From an uncultured Ruminococcus sp. (GTDB lineage: Bacteria > Bacillota > Clostridia > Oscillospirales > Acutalibacteraceae): a stretch of DNA of 64,000 nucleotides. The stretch spans positions 2,088 to 66,087 of the forward strand of contig CADAYJ010000003.1 in the NCBI GenBank assembly GCA_902792115.1. Direction: 5' to 3'. Below are positions 1-8,694 of the stretch, in pieces; position 1 is the stretch's first letter, and each line of letters starts with the position of its first letter. A program made the position numbers and the translations under genes. The notes below the pieces were generated by a model. It was given only the letters and a program-made list of their open reading frames with translations. It was not told the DNA's origin and made no database searches.

Positions 1-476
<476 letters not shown>

Positions 477-494
477 TTACCTCCGTTATTTCGA

Positions 495-779
495 TTACTC
501 TACGACAGCAAGAATGTCGGACTGACGAACGATCGTGTATTCCTCGCCGTCGAGCTTTACCTTCGTGCCTGCGTAGCTGTTTGTAATGACCTTATCTCCG
601 ACCTTGACCGTCATAACGACCTCGTTGCCGTCAACCATGCCGCCGGGACCTACCTCAACGACCTCTGCGATCTGGGGCTTCTCCTGAGCTGCCGCCGCGA
701 GAACGATGCCGCTCGCCGTCTTCTCCTCTGCCTTCTCGGCTTTAAGAACGACTCTGTCGGAAAGTGGTTTGATTGTCAT
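495..779 (-). CDS. groES: Co-chaperonin GroES (94 aa)
   Basis: ORF MTIKPLSDRVVLKAEKAEEKTASGIVL...EYTIVRQSDILAVVE has typical GroES length and motifs. GGAGG RBS upstream; followed by groEL. Confidence 0.95.
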   Translation of the reverse strand: MTIKPLSDRVVLKAEKAEEKTASGIVLAAAAQEKPQIAEVVEVGPGGMVDGNEVVMTVKVGDKVITNSYAGTKVKLDGEEYTIVRQSDILAVVE

Positions 780-816
780 AATAAAATTCCTCCTTAGAAT
801 CAGTTAGCTGTTATAA

Positions 817-843
817 TTAGCACTCTGTATCTCTGAGTGCTAA
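817..843 (-). promoter_or_regulatory. CIRCE operator (HrcA binding site) of the groESL operon
   Basis: TTAGCACTC-N9-GAGTGCTAA is a perfect match to the CIRCE consensus inverted repeat. It sits between the predicted promoter and the groES RBS. Confidence 0.9.
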
Positions 844-847
844 TTAT

Positions 848-876
848 ATTCTATACCATTTCTCTCCAAAAATCAA
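848..876 (-). promoter_or_regulatory. Sigma-A-type promoter of groESL
   Basis: Minus strand reads TTGATT-17 nt-TAGAAT immediately upstream of CIRCE. Confidence 0.6.
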
Positions 877-1116
877 GTCCTATTTTGTTCTTAACAATTT
901 TTTTACAATCACGCCCCTCATCACCGAGCTGACCTCTATTGTATTTTTATTTTCGTGATGATAGAATTATAACAGTAAGAAACAATACGCCGGCAGCGTA
1001 TAGATCTAATGTGACTTTTTTTTAAAAAAAATGAAAAAAGCAGGATTTCTTCAGACGAACTTGAGACGGCGGTATTATACTATAAACAACAAAGCAACAA
1101 GGACGGTGCAGAAATT

Positions 1117-2781
1117 ATGGAATTCAGCCTGCTTCACCCGGCGGACTCCGCCGCTGTATACAACGTACTTCCGCCCCAGGCGATCAACGACCTTTCCGTT
1201 GACTACCTGTGCGCCGCGCTGACAGACGACGCATTCGAGCGCGGCTCCCTAAAAAACCTCATGACGAACCTCACGGCGGACGAGGAGGTCATTCGCTACC
1301 GCTGCGACGTTTTTGACGACCTTTACCGCTGCCCTCAGCTTCGCCGGGAGCTTGAGCAGCTTCTCGCAAAGCTCAGCGACCTGCGCGAGCTGGAGAAATT
1401 CAAGAAGGACTCCGACGCCTCCGACATCTGGGCGCTCATAAACCGTCTGCGCGAGATCGACGGCTACGTAGAGTGCATAACGAGCATCAAGAGCGTGCTC
1501 GAGAGCGCCGATATAAAATCGCGCGGACTGCTCGATCTTCTCGCGATCGTAACGGATATACACGACCACTCCGGCTTCCCGGAGATAAAGAAGGATATCA
1601 TCGAGGCGATGGAGATCGCAAAGCAGATAAAGAGCGTCACGATCGGCGTGAATCTCGACAATCTCCTGCGCCCGGTGAACGCCGGCATCATCTCCGTAAA
1701 CAAATTTACGATCGGCGAGAGCGGCATTCTCCGCAGCTTCATGGGGCACCTCTCGCAGAACAGCGTTGAGCTAAACGAAAACAGAGGCTTCGCGAGCATG
1801 AAATCGTTCCATCCGCAGAATCCCGGCTCGATAAAGCTCGGCGTGGGTGATCCGAGCCTGCTCGGAGACGGCGTTCCGACGGGAGCCGATCCGCTTTCCG
1901 GAGCGCTCACAAAGACAATGACGGCGATCGTCAAGAAGATCGTCCGCTCGATCAAGGGCACTCTCCACAAGTATATCAGCGTAAGCGGCTTCACGCTCGT
2001 GTCGCTCGTGCCGGAGATCGTCTTCTATATCCGCTGGGCGGACTTTATGGATAAGCTGATCGAAAAGGGGCTTACGCTCTGCAAGCCGGAGATCCTTCCG
2101 CCGGAGCGCAGGGAGCTTTTCGCCAGGGAGCTTTACAATATGAAGCTCGCGATCAAGGTCGGTCTCGGCGAAGAGATAGAGATCGTCGGCAACGACTTCG
2201 AGTTCTCCGACAAGGCGCGGATCTACATCATGACGGGGCCTAACAGAGGCGGCAAGACGACGTTCACCCAGGCCGTGGGGCTTGCGTTCCTGCTCGCGCA
2301 GAACGGCATTTACGTACCTGCCGAGTCGTTCGCGTTCAGCCCGTGCGACAACATATTCACGCACTTCCCTGCCGACGAGAACGAGACGGTCGATCTCGGA
2401 AGGCTCGGCGAGGAATCGCAGCGCATCGCCGATATTTTCAAGACCGCAACGAACGAAAGCCTGCTCCTCTTCAACGAGAGCCTTGCGACGACTAACGTCT
2501 CCGAGGGCTTGTACATCGCGAAGGACGTCGTTAAAGCGATGCGGTACATCGGCACGCGCACGATCTTCAACACGCATATGCACGAGCTTGCGAGAGACCT
2601 CGACACGCTCAACGGAAGCACCGAGGGCACGAGCCGCGTTGAGAGCCTTATCACCGGCATAGACCACGGCGCGCGCTCCTTCAAGGTCTCCATCGCGCCG
2701 CCTCAGGGCGTATCCTACGCGCGCGACATCGCCGTGAAATACGGCGTTACGTTCGAGCAGATCAAGGCGTCTCTTGAGTGA
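1117..2781 (+). CDS. MutS-family paralogue: MutS core/ATPase domains only, no mismatch-binding or Smr domain (554 aa)
   Basis: Walker A GPNRGGKTTFTQAVG and the MutS signature FNTHMHELA are present. The N-terminal half resembles the MutS lever/core. It lacks the GDFYE-type domain I that the canonical MutS at 51038-53647 carries. Confidence 0.8.
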   Translation: MEFSLLHPADSAAVYNVLPPQAINDLSVDYLCAALTDDAFERGSLKNLMTNLTADEEVIRYRCDVFDDLYRCPQLRRELEQLLAKLSDLRELEKFKKDSDASDIWALINRLREIDGYVECITSIKSVLESADIKSRGLLDLLAIVTDIHDHSGFPEIKKDIIEAMEIAKQIKSVTIGVNLDNLLRPVNAGIISVNKFTIGESGILRSFMGHLSQNSVELNENRGFASMKSFHPQNPGSIKLGVGDPSLLGDGVPTGADPLSGALTKTMTAIVKKIVRSIKGTLHKYISVSGFTLVSLVPEIVFYIRWADFMDKLIEKGLTLCKPEILPPERRELFARELYNMKLAIKVGLGEEIEIVGNDFEFSDKARIYIMTGPNRGGKTTFTQAVGLAFLLAQNGIYVPAESFAFSPCDNIFTHFPADENETVDLGRLGEESQRIADIFKTATNESLLLFNESLATTNVSEGLYIAKDVVKAMRYIGTRTIFNTHMHELARDLDTLNGSTEGTSRVESLITGIDHGARSFKVSIAPPQGVSYARDIAVKYGVTFEQIKASLE

Positions 2782-2822
2782 CGGCGTCATTGCGCGAGCA
2801 TTTTCGCCCGGATATAAAAGCA

Positions 2823-2854
2823 CGCCCCTTGCGCTGATGCACAAGGGGCGTTTT
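2823..2854. terminator. Hairpin terminator shared by the MutS-like gene (+) and tRNA-Val (-)
   Basis: CGCCCCTT-12 nt loop-AAGGGGCG followed by TTTT on the plus strand, and by TGCTTTTAT on the minus strand. Confidence 0.55.
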
Positions 2855-2929
2855 GGTGGGAACTACAGGGCTCGAACCTGTGACCCTCTGCTTGTAAGGC
2901 AGATGCTCTCCCAGCTGAGCTAAGCTCCC
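2854..2929 (-). tRNA. tRNA-Val (anticodon UAC), CCA encoded
   Basis: Minus strand GGGAGCTTAGCTCAGCTGGGAGAGCATCTGCCTTACAAGCAGAGGGTCACAGGTTCGAGCCCTGTAGTTCCCACCA folds as a cloverleaf by eye. Anticodon loop is CT-TAC-AA; T-loop is GGTTCGAGCC. Confidence 0.9.
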
Positions 2930-2951
2930 GAAGGTTTCATAAACTTTTGTT

Positions 2952-2980
2952 ATTATACCAGCAGAAAGAAAAAAAGTCAA
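2952..2980 (-). promoter_or_regulatory. Sigma-A-type promoter of tRNA-Val
   Basis: Minus strand TTGACT-17 nt-TATAAT, about 22 nt upstream of the tRNA 5' end. Confidence 0.65.
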
Positions 2981-3197
2981 GTGTTTTTTAAAAAAATATT
3001 TGTTTAATTCTCGTTGATATATTAAAAATTTCAGTACATAAAGTATAATATAATAAAAGAGGAACTACATCTGAATTTGGAGATGGTTAGCAGTTACCGA
3101 AGCCAATATTTCATCGTATATCTGCCGAGATAAATACAAGTCTTATAAGATTTTTTACAAAAACTTTATATCCCCTGAGAATTATTCTTTGAATCCA

Positions 3198-3226
3198 TTG
3201 ACAAACCTGTCGGTTTGCTGTATAAT
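3198..3226 (+). promoter_or_regulatory. Consensus sigma-A promoter upstream of the padR leader
   Basis: TTGACA-17 nt-TATAAT, a perfect consensus with perfect spacing. Confidence 0.7.
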
Positions 3227-3257
3227 TACACAAGGTATCTTGCGTTTAGATATCTTT

Positions 3258-3366
3258 ACCGGATCGTCGGGCGTTTCGCATCGCCCGTTCGACACGGTTC
3301 GCACTCATCGCCTGCGCCCGGTGCCTGGGGCAAAGGCCGCAGAGTGTCGCCTCCGATCCGGTTTTT
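3258..3366 (+). promoter_or_regulatory. GC-rich structured leader / terminator-like element (candidate attenuator, riboswitch or small RNA)
   Basis: A 9-bp closing stem ACCGGATCG (3258-3266) / CGATCCGGT (3354-3362) is followed by the T run 3362-3366. Inside, GGGCG (3269-3273) can pair either with CGCCC (3282-3286) or with CGCC (3348-3351). A strongly GC-rich block sits in an otherwise AT-rich intergenic region, about 30 nt downstream of the promoter and 33 nt upstream of the padR ATG. Confidence 0.4.
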
Positions 3367-3398
3367 GATATATACTGATTGTGGAGAAGGAAAAAGCT

Positions 3399-3746
3399 AT
3401 GGGTATTTCAGAAAATCTTAAAAAGGGCACGTCTGAGCTGCTTATCCTGTATCTTCTGAAGAGCCAGGATATGTACGGCTACCAGATCGCCCACGAACTC
3501 AAGACAAGAAGTGACGATGAGTTTGTTATGCCTGAGGGTTCTCTCTACCCCACACTCTATCGCCTTATCGAAAAGGGCGTTGTTTCCGACAGAATGGAAA
3601 TTGTTGGGAAGAGACTTCGCAAATATTACCACCTCGAACCTAAAGGCGTAGAGTATCTCAATTCGATCACCGACGAGTACAGGCGTATCAACGAAGGTAT
3701 TCGTAAGGTACTTGACGGATTGCAGGCACAAGATACTAAAGCATAA
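3399..3746 (+). CDS. PadR-family transcriptional regulator
   Basis: GTSELLILYLLKSQDMYGYQIAHEL...EGSLYPTLYRLIEKGVVS...KYYHLEPKG is a typical PadR winged-helix sequence. ATG at 3399 has a GGAGAAGG RBS; the ORF track start at 3381 (GTG) is less likely. Confidence 0.85.
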   Translation: MGISENLKKGTSELLILYLLKSQDMYGYQIAHELKTRSDDEFVMPEGSLYPTLYRLIEKGVVSDRMEIVGKRLRKYYHLEPKGVEYLNSITDEYRRINEGIRKVLDGLQAQDTKA

Positions 3747-3760
3747 TAAACTCAAATCGG

Positions 3761-3794
3761 TGACCGGCGGGTACGCTCCGCCGGTCATTTTTTT
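3761..3794 (+). terminator. Intrinsic terminator of padR
   Basis: TGACCGGCGG-7 nt loop-CCGCCGGTCA followed by T7. Confidence 0.8.
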
Positions 3795-3806
3795 ATAATA
3801 ATAATC

Positions 3807-3834
3807 GCGGCGCGGACAGTCTGAGTCCGCGCCG
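3807..3834 (-). terminator. Probable terminator of the aminotransferase gene
   Basis: CGGCGCGGAC-7 nt loop-GTCCGCGCCG hairpin 24 nt after the stop codon. The minus-strand tail is only moderately T-rich. Confidence 0.5.
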
Positions 3835-3857
3835 TGAGTCATTTATCAACAATAAAT

Positions 3858-5039
3858 TTATTTCAGCTCCTCCAGGAATTCTCTGATCCTGCTGAGAGCC
3901 TCCTTGATGTGCGCCACGGAGTAGGAATACGAGACGCGGACGAAGCCCTCGCCGCTTTCGCCGAACGCATTGCCCGGGACGACCGCCACGCTCTTGGAGT
4001 AGAGCAGCTTTTCGGCGAACTCCTCCGAGCTGAGTCCCGTTGACTTGATGCACGGGAACACGTAAAACGCGCCGAGCGGCTCAAAGCAGGTAAGCCCCAT
4101 GTCGTTGAACGCCTTGACGATCAGCCTGCGGCGCATATCGTACTGCTCGCGCATATGCTCGATATCGGCGTCGCCGTTTTTGAGCGCCTCGATCGCCGCG
4201 TACTGCGACGTCGTCGGCGAGCTCATGATGCCGTACTGGTGCAGCTTCGTCATCTGCGCGATAAGCTCGGAAGGGCCGAGCGCGTAGCCGAGGCGCCAGC
4301 CTGTCATAGCGTACGTTTTGGAGAAGCCGCTCACGACGATCGTGCGCTCCTTCATGCCCTTGATCGAAGCGAAGGAGACGGGCTTTGCTCCGCCGTACGA
4401 AAGCTCCGCGTAAATCTCGTCGGAGAGGACGATAAGGTCGTGCTTCTCGATCACCTCGGCGATAGCCTCGTAGTCCTCGCGGCTCATGGAGGCGCCCGTC
4501 GGGTTGTTCGGGTAAGGGAGGATCAGCAGCTTCGACTTGTCCGTGATCTTCTCCTCCAGCTCCTCCGGCGTGAGGCGGAAATCGTTCTCGGCCTTCGTCT
4601 CGATTATGACGGGCGTACCGTCTGCCATCGCGGACAGCGGCTCGTAGCACACGAACGACGGCTCGGGGATAAGCACCTCGTCGCCCTCCTCAAGGATAAC
4701 GCGCAGCGCGGCGTCGATCGCCTCGGAGCCGCCGACCGTTACGAGGACGTCCTCGCCCGGATCGTACTTAACGCCGAAGCGGCGGTCAAAGTATGTGCAT
4801 ATCTCCTCGCGAAGCGCCGTGAAGCCGCGGTTCGGGGAGTAAAACGTCTTGCCCTTTTCGAGTGATTCGATGCCTGCCTGTCGGATATGCCAAGGTGTTT
4901 TGAAATCCGGCTCACCGACGCTCAGCGAAATGACGTTTTCCATCTCGCTCGCGATATCGAAGAACTTACGGATACCCGAGGGCTTTGTGTTCTTAATCTT
5001 ACTGTTTATAAAGCGATCGTAATCCATTATACCATACAT
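3858..5039 (-). CDS. Class I/II PLP-dependent aminotransferase (aspartate aminotransferase-like)
   Basis: Motifs PSGIRKF, SVGEPDF, NPNNPTG-like PYPNNPTG, and SFSKTYAMTGWRLGY (PLP lysine). An alternative start at ATG 5027 forms a TAATG overlap with the upstream Lrp stop. Confidence 0.85.
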   Translation of the reverse strand: MYGIMDYDRFINSKIKNTKPSGIRKFFDIASEMENVISLSVGEPDFKTPWHIRQAGIESLEKGKTFYSPNRGFTALREEICTYFDRRFGVKYDPGEDVLVTVGGSEAIDAALRVILEEGDEVLIPEPSFVCYEPLSAMADGTPVIIETKAENDFRLTPEELEEKITDKSKLLILPYPNNPTGASMSREDYEAIAEVIEKHDLIVLSDEIYAELSYGGAKPVSFASIKGMKERTIVVSGFSKTYAMTGWRLGYALGPSELIAQMTKLHQYGIMSSPTTSQYAAIEALKNGDADIEHMREQYDMRRRLIVKAFNDMGLTCFEPLGAFYVFPCIKSTGLSSEEFAEKLLYSKSVAVVPGNAFGESGEGFVRVSYSYSVAHIKEALSRIREFLEELK

Positions 5040-5512
5040 TCCCTTTCGTCTTTATCTGTGCCGAGATTCTGCATATCGGTCATGTTCGATTTGTACTTCG
5101 TGAGGATAAAGTGGGTGTCGGCGGAGAGCACGGAGTCAAGCGGCGAAAGACGCCTTGCGACGAACATTGCGATATCCTGGATCGTGCTGCCCTTAACGAA
5201 CACAGCGAGATCATAATCTCCTGCCATGAGGTATACGCCCTCGACCTCTTCAAACGCCATGATCCTCTCGGCTACCTCGTCGAAGCCCTTGTCGCGCTTC
5301 GGCGCAACGCGAAGCTCGATGAGCGCTCTTGCTTCCGAGCCGGGAACCTTTTCCCAGTTGATAAGCGCGTTGTACGCTCTGATAACGCCCGTCTTCTCAT
5401 ACTCCCTGATCTGCGCGGCGATATCGTCGGCCGTTGTGCCGAGCATCGCTGCAAGCTCCTCGTTGGAATATCTGCAGTTTTCCTGCAAAAGCTCAAGTAA
5501 ACGATTTTTCAT
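5027..5512 (-). CDS. Lrp/AsnC-family transcriptional regulator
   Basis: An N-terminal HTH (LLELLQENCRYSNEELAAMLGTTADDI) plus a C-terminal AsnC/RAM-type domain. Translationally coupled to the aminotransferase. Confidence 0.85.
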   Translation of the reverse strand: MKNRLLELLQENCRYSNEELAAMLGTTADDIAAQIREYEKTGVIRAYNALINWEKVPGSEARALIELRVAPKRDKGFDEVAERIMAFEEVEGVYLMAGDYDLAVFVKGSTIQDIAMFVARRLSPLDSVLSADTHFILTKYKSNMTDMQNLGTDKDERECMV

Positions 5513-5540
5513 GGTGATCTGCTCCTTTGTTTAATGATAT

Positions 5541-7064
5541 TTATTCAGACGTCTCTCCCTCGCCGGGCTTTTGCCGCTCCGGCGTCCGGGGGAGCTTTCT
5601 TTTGTTTTCAGTGGTCGAGAACGCGCACGCGGCGTAATCCCCGCCCTCGTAGCGCACCATGCAGACGGCGGCGTAACCGAGGATAAGCCAGAAAAACTCG
5701 ACCATAAACGTAACGTCGTATACCATCGTCCGCTCAAAGAACGCATAGATGCAGTAAGCGGCGATGAACGACGCGAGGCACGGGAAAATGTCGCTGCGGA
5801 TAGTGGGCTTCACAGCGAACAGATCGCACGCCATGCGCTTGCCGAGGCATATCGCGAACGCAATAAAAAGCGCAAAGCCGATAAATCCCGAGCAGACGAA
5901 CACGGTAAGATACCCGTTGTGGAAGTCGCTGTATTTCATTTTGTTGTTGTTGTAGCGGTTGCCGTACTTTGTGATCTCGCCCTTTCCCACGCCGAAAACG
6001 GGGTGGTGCTTTATGACGTTCACGCCCTGTTTGAACAGCTTGATACGTCCGCTGTCGATGTTGCTGTTCATGTGCTCGAACGTGATGTTGTTCAGCTCGT
6101 CGTCGCTGTCGTCGAAGACATTGGCGGACTCGGACGGGCGGCTGACCGTCTGAGAGGCTCCCGTCTGAACGAAAAATCTGACGGAGAACACTCCGACCGC
6201 GACAACGACGAGCAGCGCCGCCAGCGCAAAGCCGCGTCTTACCGCGACGCCGATCTTTATATCCTTGCCTCCGAAAAGCCTGTAACAGACGTAAATGACG
6301 ATATAGCAGACGATAATAAGCATCGCCGCATTGGAATCGGTGAGAAAGATAACGGCGAGGTTGAGCGCCGCGGAGAGAAATATCACCGCGCGCCTGCGCT
6401 TCGTCATTTTTTTGCCGGACGTCTTCTCGAAAAAGTCTCCCTGCCAAAGGATATGACAGCAGAAAAGCGCGCAGAACGCTGTAAACGCCATAAGGTTCGG
6501 GTTGAAGTAAACTCCGGTGAACCTGTTTTCGTAAACGACGAGGTAGCCGAAATAGTACGACACGCTGCGCCCGACGCTGTACAGAGAGATGAGGCTTATT
6601 ACATTGAGCACGTTGGAAAGCCACATCATCACGGTACAAAGCACGTATATCTCACGGTATATATGCCGCCTTCCGTCCTCGCTCTCCGCCTCGGTGTGAA
6701 GCCCGTAGAAGAGGAAGAATATGATCGGCATATTCAAGACCATGCCGACGCTCTCCCAGAAGCCGCGGTCATAGCCCTGCAATACGATCGTGAGGATATT
6801 CGTTCCGATGAACGCCAGCAGCCAGCCGTAGTAATTAACTTTTTTTATATTATAGGAATGAACATACCTTCTCACGACGATGCCGATGCCCCACATAAAG
6901 ATAAGCACCGCGCAGACAATCGCGGGAACGCTGATATATCCGATCTGACATAAGATCAAGTCAACGACGAACGCAACGCGGAACACGGAGGTGTTGTCGC
7001 GTAGGTTTGCCGGCAGACCTTTTCCTTGCTCCACCCTATCACCGCCATTCGCATCGCCGCACAA
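5541..7064 (-). CDS. O-antigen ligase/polymerase-like polytopic membrane protein (Wzy_C-type)
   Basis: About 10-12 hydrophobic segments. Contains a loop followed by FHNGYLTVFVCSGFIGFALF, resembling the O-antigen ligase family motif. The exact start is uncertain. Confidence 0.65.
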   Translation of the reverse strand: MCGDANGGDRVEQGKGLPANLRDNTSVFRVAFVVDLILCQIGYISVPAIVCAVLIFMWGIGIVVRRYVHSYNIKKVNYYGWLLAFIGTNILTIVLQGYDRGFWESVGMVLNMPIIFFLFYGLHTEAESEDGRRHIYREIYVLCTVMMWLSNVLNVISLISLYSVGRSVSYYFGYLVVYENRFTGVYFNPNLMAFTAFCALFCCHILWQGDFFEKTSGKKMTKRRRAVIFLSAALNLAVIFLTDSNAAMLIIVCYIVIYVCYRLFGGKDIKIGVAVRRGFALAALLVVVAVGVFSVRFFVQTGASQTVSRPSESANVFDDSDDELNNITFEHMNSNIDSGRIKLFKQGVNVIKHHPVFGVGKGEITKYGNRYNNNKMKYSDFHNGYLTVFVCSGFIGFALFIAFAICLGKRMACDLFAVKPTIRSDIFPCLASFIAAYCIYAFFERTMVYDVTFMVEFFWLILGYAAVCMVRYEGGDYAACAFSTTENKRKLPRTPERQKPGEGETSE

Positions 7065-7111
7065 AGCGCGGCTCGATGAGAAGCCGTTCGCCGAAATATC
7101 ACGGCGAAGGT

Positions 7112-7798
7112 TCAGAAGAAGACCTTGACAACTGTCATGACTACTGTATATATATCGTAAAATACGCTGAATTTCTCAATATATTGGAGGTTATACTCCA
7201 TCTTTTGCGGAAGTATCTCCTCGATATACGCCTTCTCAACGTCCGCCGCCTTTTCGAGGATCTCCTCCTCGTTCCGGTAGAGAATGCTCGTCATGGAGGT
7301 GACGCCCGCCGGCATAAGAAGCGTGGCGTACATCTCAGGCGTATACGCCTTGACGTACCGCTCGACCTCGGGGCGCGTTCCGACGAAGCTCATATCGCCG
7401 GCGATCACGTTGAATATCTGCGGCAGCTCGTCGAGCCTGAGCTTTCGCAGTGCGCGGCCGACCTTTGTGATGCGGCTGTCGGAGCCGGAGGTCACCTGCG
7501 CGTTCTTTGAGTTGTCGTTTACATACATCGTCCGGAACTTGAATATCCGGAACACCTTTCCGCCCGTCGTCACCCTTCTCTGGCGGAAAAAGACGGGGCC
7601 GGGCGAATCCGCCCGAACGGCCGCCGCGATAACGCCCATCGGGATCAGCAGGATCACCGTAAGGACGAGGGCGAACAGTATATCGAAAAGCCTCTTGAAG
7701 AAAAGGCTGACTTTTTTGTGCTTCAATATTTCATAATACTTTGCGACCTCGTCCGTCTGCATTTCGGGCGGAAGCGAGGAAAAAACAGGTAAAAGCAT
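7112..7798 (-). CDS. Bacterial sugar transferase (undecaprenyl-phosphate hexose-1-phosphate transferase, WbaP/EpsL-like)
   Basis: An N-terminal TM helix is followed by GPVFFRQRRVTTGGKVFRIFKFRTM...LDELPQIFNVIAGDMSFVGTRP, the hallmark of the polyprenyl-phosphate sugar transferase family. Confidence 0.9.
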   Translation of the reverse strand: MLLPVFSSLPPEMQTDEVAKYYEILKHKKVSLFFKRLFDILFALVLTVILLIPMGVIAAAVRADSPGPVFFRQRRVTTGGKVFRIFKFRTMYVNDNSKNAQVTSGSDSRITKVGRALRKLRLDELPQIFNVIAGDMSFVGTRPEVERYVKAYTPEMYATLLMPAGVTSMTSILYRNEEEILEKAADVEKAYIEEILPQKMEYNLQYIEKFSVFYDIYTVVMTVVKVFF

Positions 7799-7920
7799 AT
7801 GTTTCTCCGTACCGCGCTGAGCGGCCTTTTTAAATTGGGCGAATGCGCCTCCATATTCCGCGCAATTATTCGCCGTATGTGTTCTAAAATAAGTGTGATA
7901 AATGATCGGAGGTCTTGACC

Positions 7921-8229
7921 ATGCTTGTTAAAACCGTTTTCGACAGCGGCGAGCTAACGGCGCTGCTGTCCGGCGACATCGACCACCACACCGCGCGAAC
8001 TATGCGGCTCGTCATAGACGGCGATATTGAACGGTACCGCCCCGAAAGCCTGCTGCTCGACTTTCGCCGCGTGCGGTTCATGGACAGCTCCGGCATCGGC
8101 CTTATCATGGGGCGCTGCCGGCTGATGCAGCTTTGCGGAGGGCGCGTCCGGCTGGAAAACATACCGCCGACGCTCGAAAGGCTGATCGCGCTTTCGGGAG
8201 TCCGCTCGCTGACCGATGAAGGGAGATGA
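7921..8229 (+). CDS. spoIIAA: Anti-sigma-F factor antagonist SpoIIAA (STAS domain)
   Basis: STAS sequence with FMDSSGIGLIMG (phosphorylatable Ser). First gene of the spoIIAA-AB-sigF triad. ATG at 7921 lies 8 nt after GGAGG; the track start at 7915 is TTG. Confidence 0.9.
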   Translation: MLVKTVFDSGELTALLSGDIDHHTARTMRLVIDGDIERYRPESLLLDFRRVRFMDSSGIGLIMGRCRLMQLCGGRVRLENIPPTLERLIALSGVRSLTDEGR

Positions 8230-8235
8230 TCCGAT

Positions 8236-8694
8236 ATGGATATACTTAATGAAATGACGCTTACGTTTTCGAGCAAAAGCATGAACGAAAACTTTGCGCG
8301 CGCCGCCGTGAGCGCGTTTCTGCTGCCGCTCGATCCGACGATCACGGAGCTTGCCGACGTGAAGACAGCCGTCTCGGAGGCCGTCACGAACGCGATAATT
8401 CACGGCTACGAATACGGGGAGGGGACGATCACCCTCGGAGCAAAGATATACTCAAACGGGCGAGTCGTTATCAGGATACGCGACAAGGGAAAGGGCATCG
8501 AGGACATAAAGCAGGCGATGGAGCCGCTTTTCTCGACCGTGGGAGGCGAAAGAGCCGGGCTTGGCTTTGCCGTCATGCAGAGCTTCATGGACGATCTTCG
8601 CGTCACGTCGAGAAAGGGCGGCGGAACGACGGTGACGATGGAGAAATACATCATTCGCCGCAGCAGAGCCGTACAAAGCGATGAAAACGACTGA
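8236..8694 (+). CDS. spoIIAB: Anti-sigma-F factor SpoIIAB (serine kinase)
   Basis: NENFARAAVSAF...VSEAVTNAIIHGY...IRDKGKGIEDI...AGLGFAVMQSFMDD closely parallels the Bacillus SpoIIAB N- and G-boxes. Confidence 0.92.
   Translation: MDILNEMTLTFSSKSMNENFARAAVSAFLLPLDPTITELADVKTAVSEAVTNAIIHGYEYGEGTITLGAKIYSNGRVVIRIRDKGKGIEDIKQAMEPLFSTVGGERAGLGFAVMQSFMDDLRVTSRKGGGTTVTMEKYIIRRSRAVQSDEND

Noticed and set aside
1031-1222. 63-aa ORF upstream of and overlapping the MutS-like gene start.
   Set aside because: It is in a different frame overlapping the real gene start. The product is basic and low-complexity, and there is no RBS.
3083-3133. 16-codon mini-ORF (MVSSYRSQYFIVYLPR) in the AT-rich spacer.
   Set aside because: The GGAG abuts the ATG with no spacer, and there is no promoter or terminator context. 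There is no evidence beyond an open frame.
3215-3421. 68-aa ORF overlapping the padR leader.
   Set aside because: It has no RBS, an arginine/proline-rich random-looking product, and a frame that runs into the padR start. The region is better explained as structured RNA.
7799-7914. Looked for Spo0A boxes (TGNCGAA) and a sigma-H promoter upstream of spoIIAA.
   Set aside because: Only imperfect matches (GGGCGAA, TTCGCCG) were found. They are not sufficient for a call.
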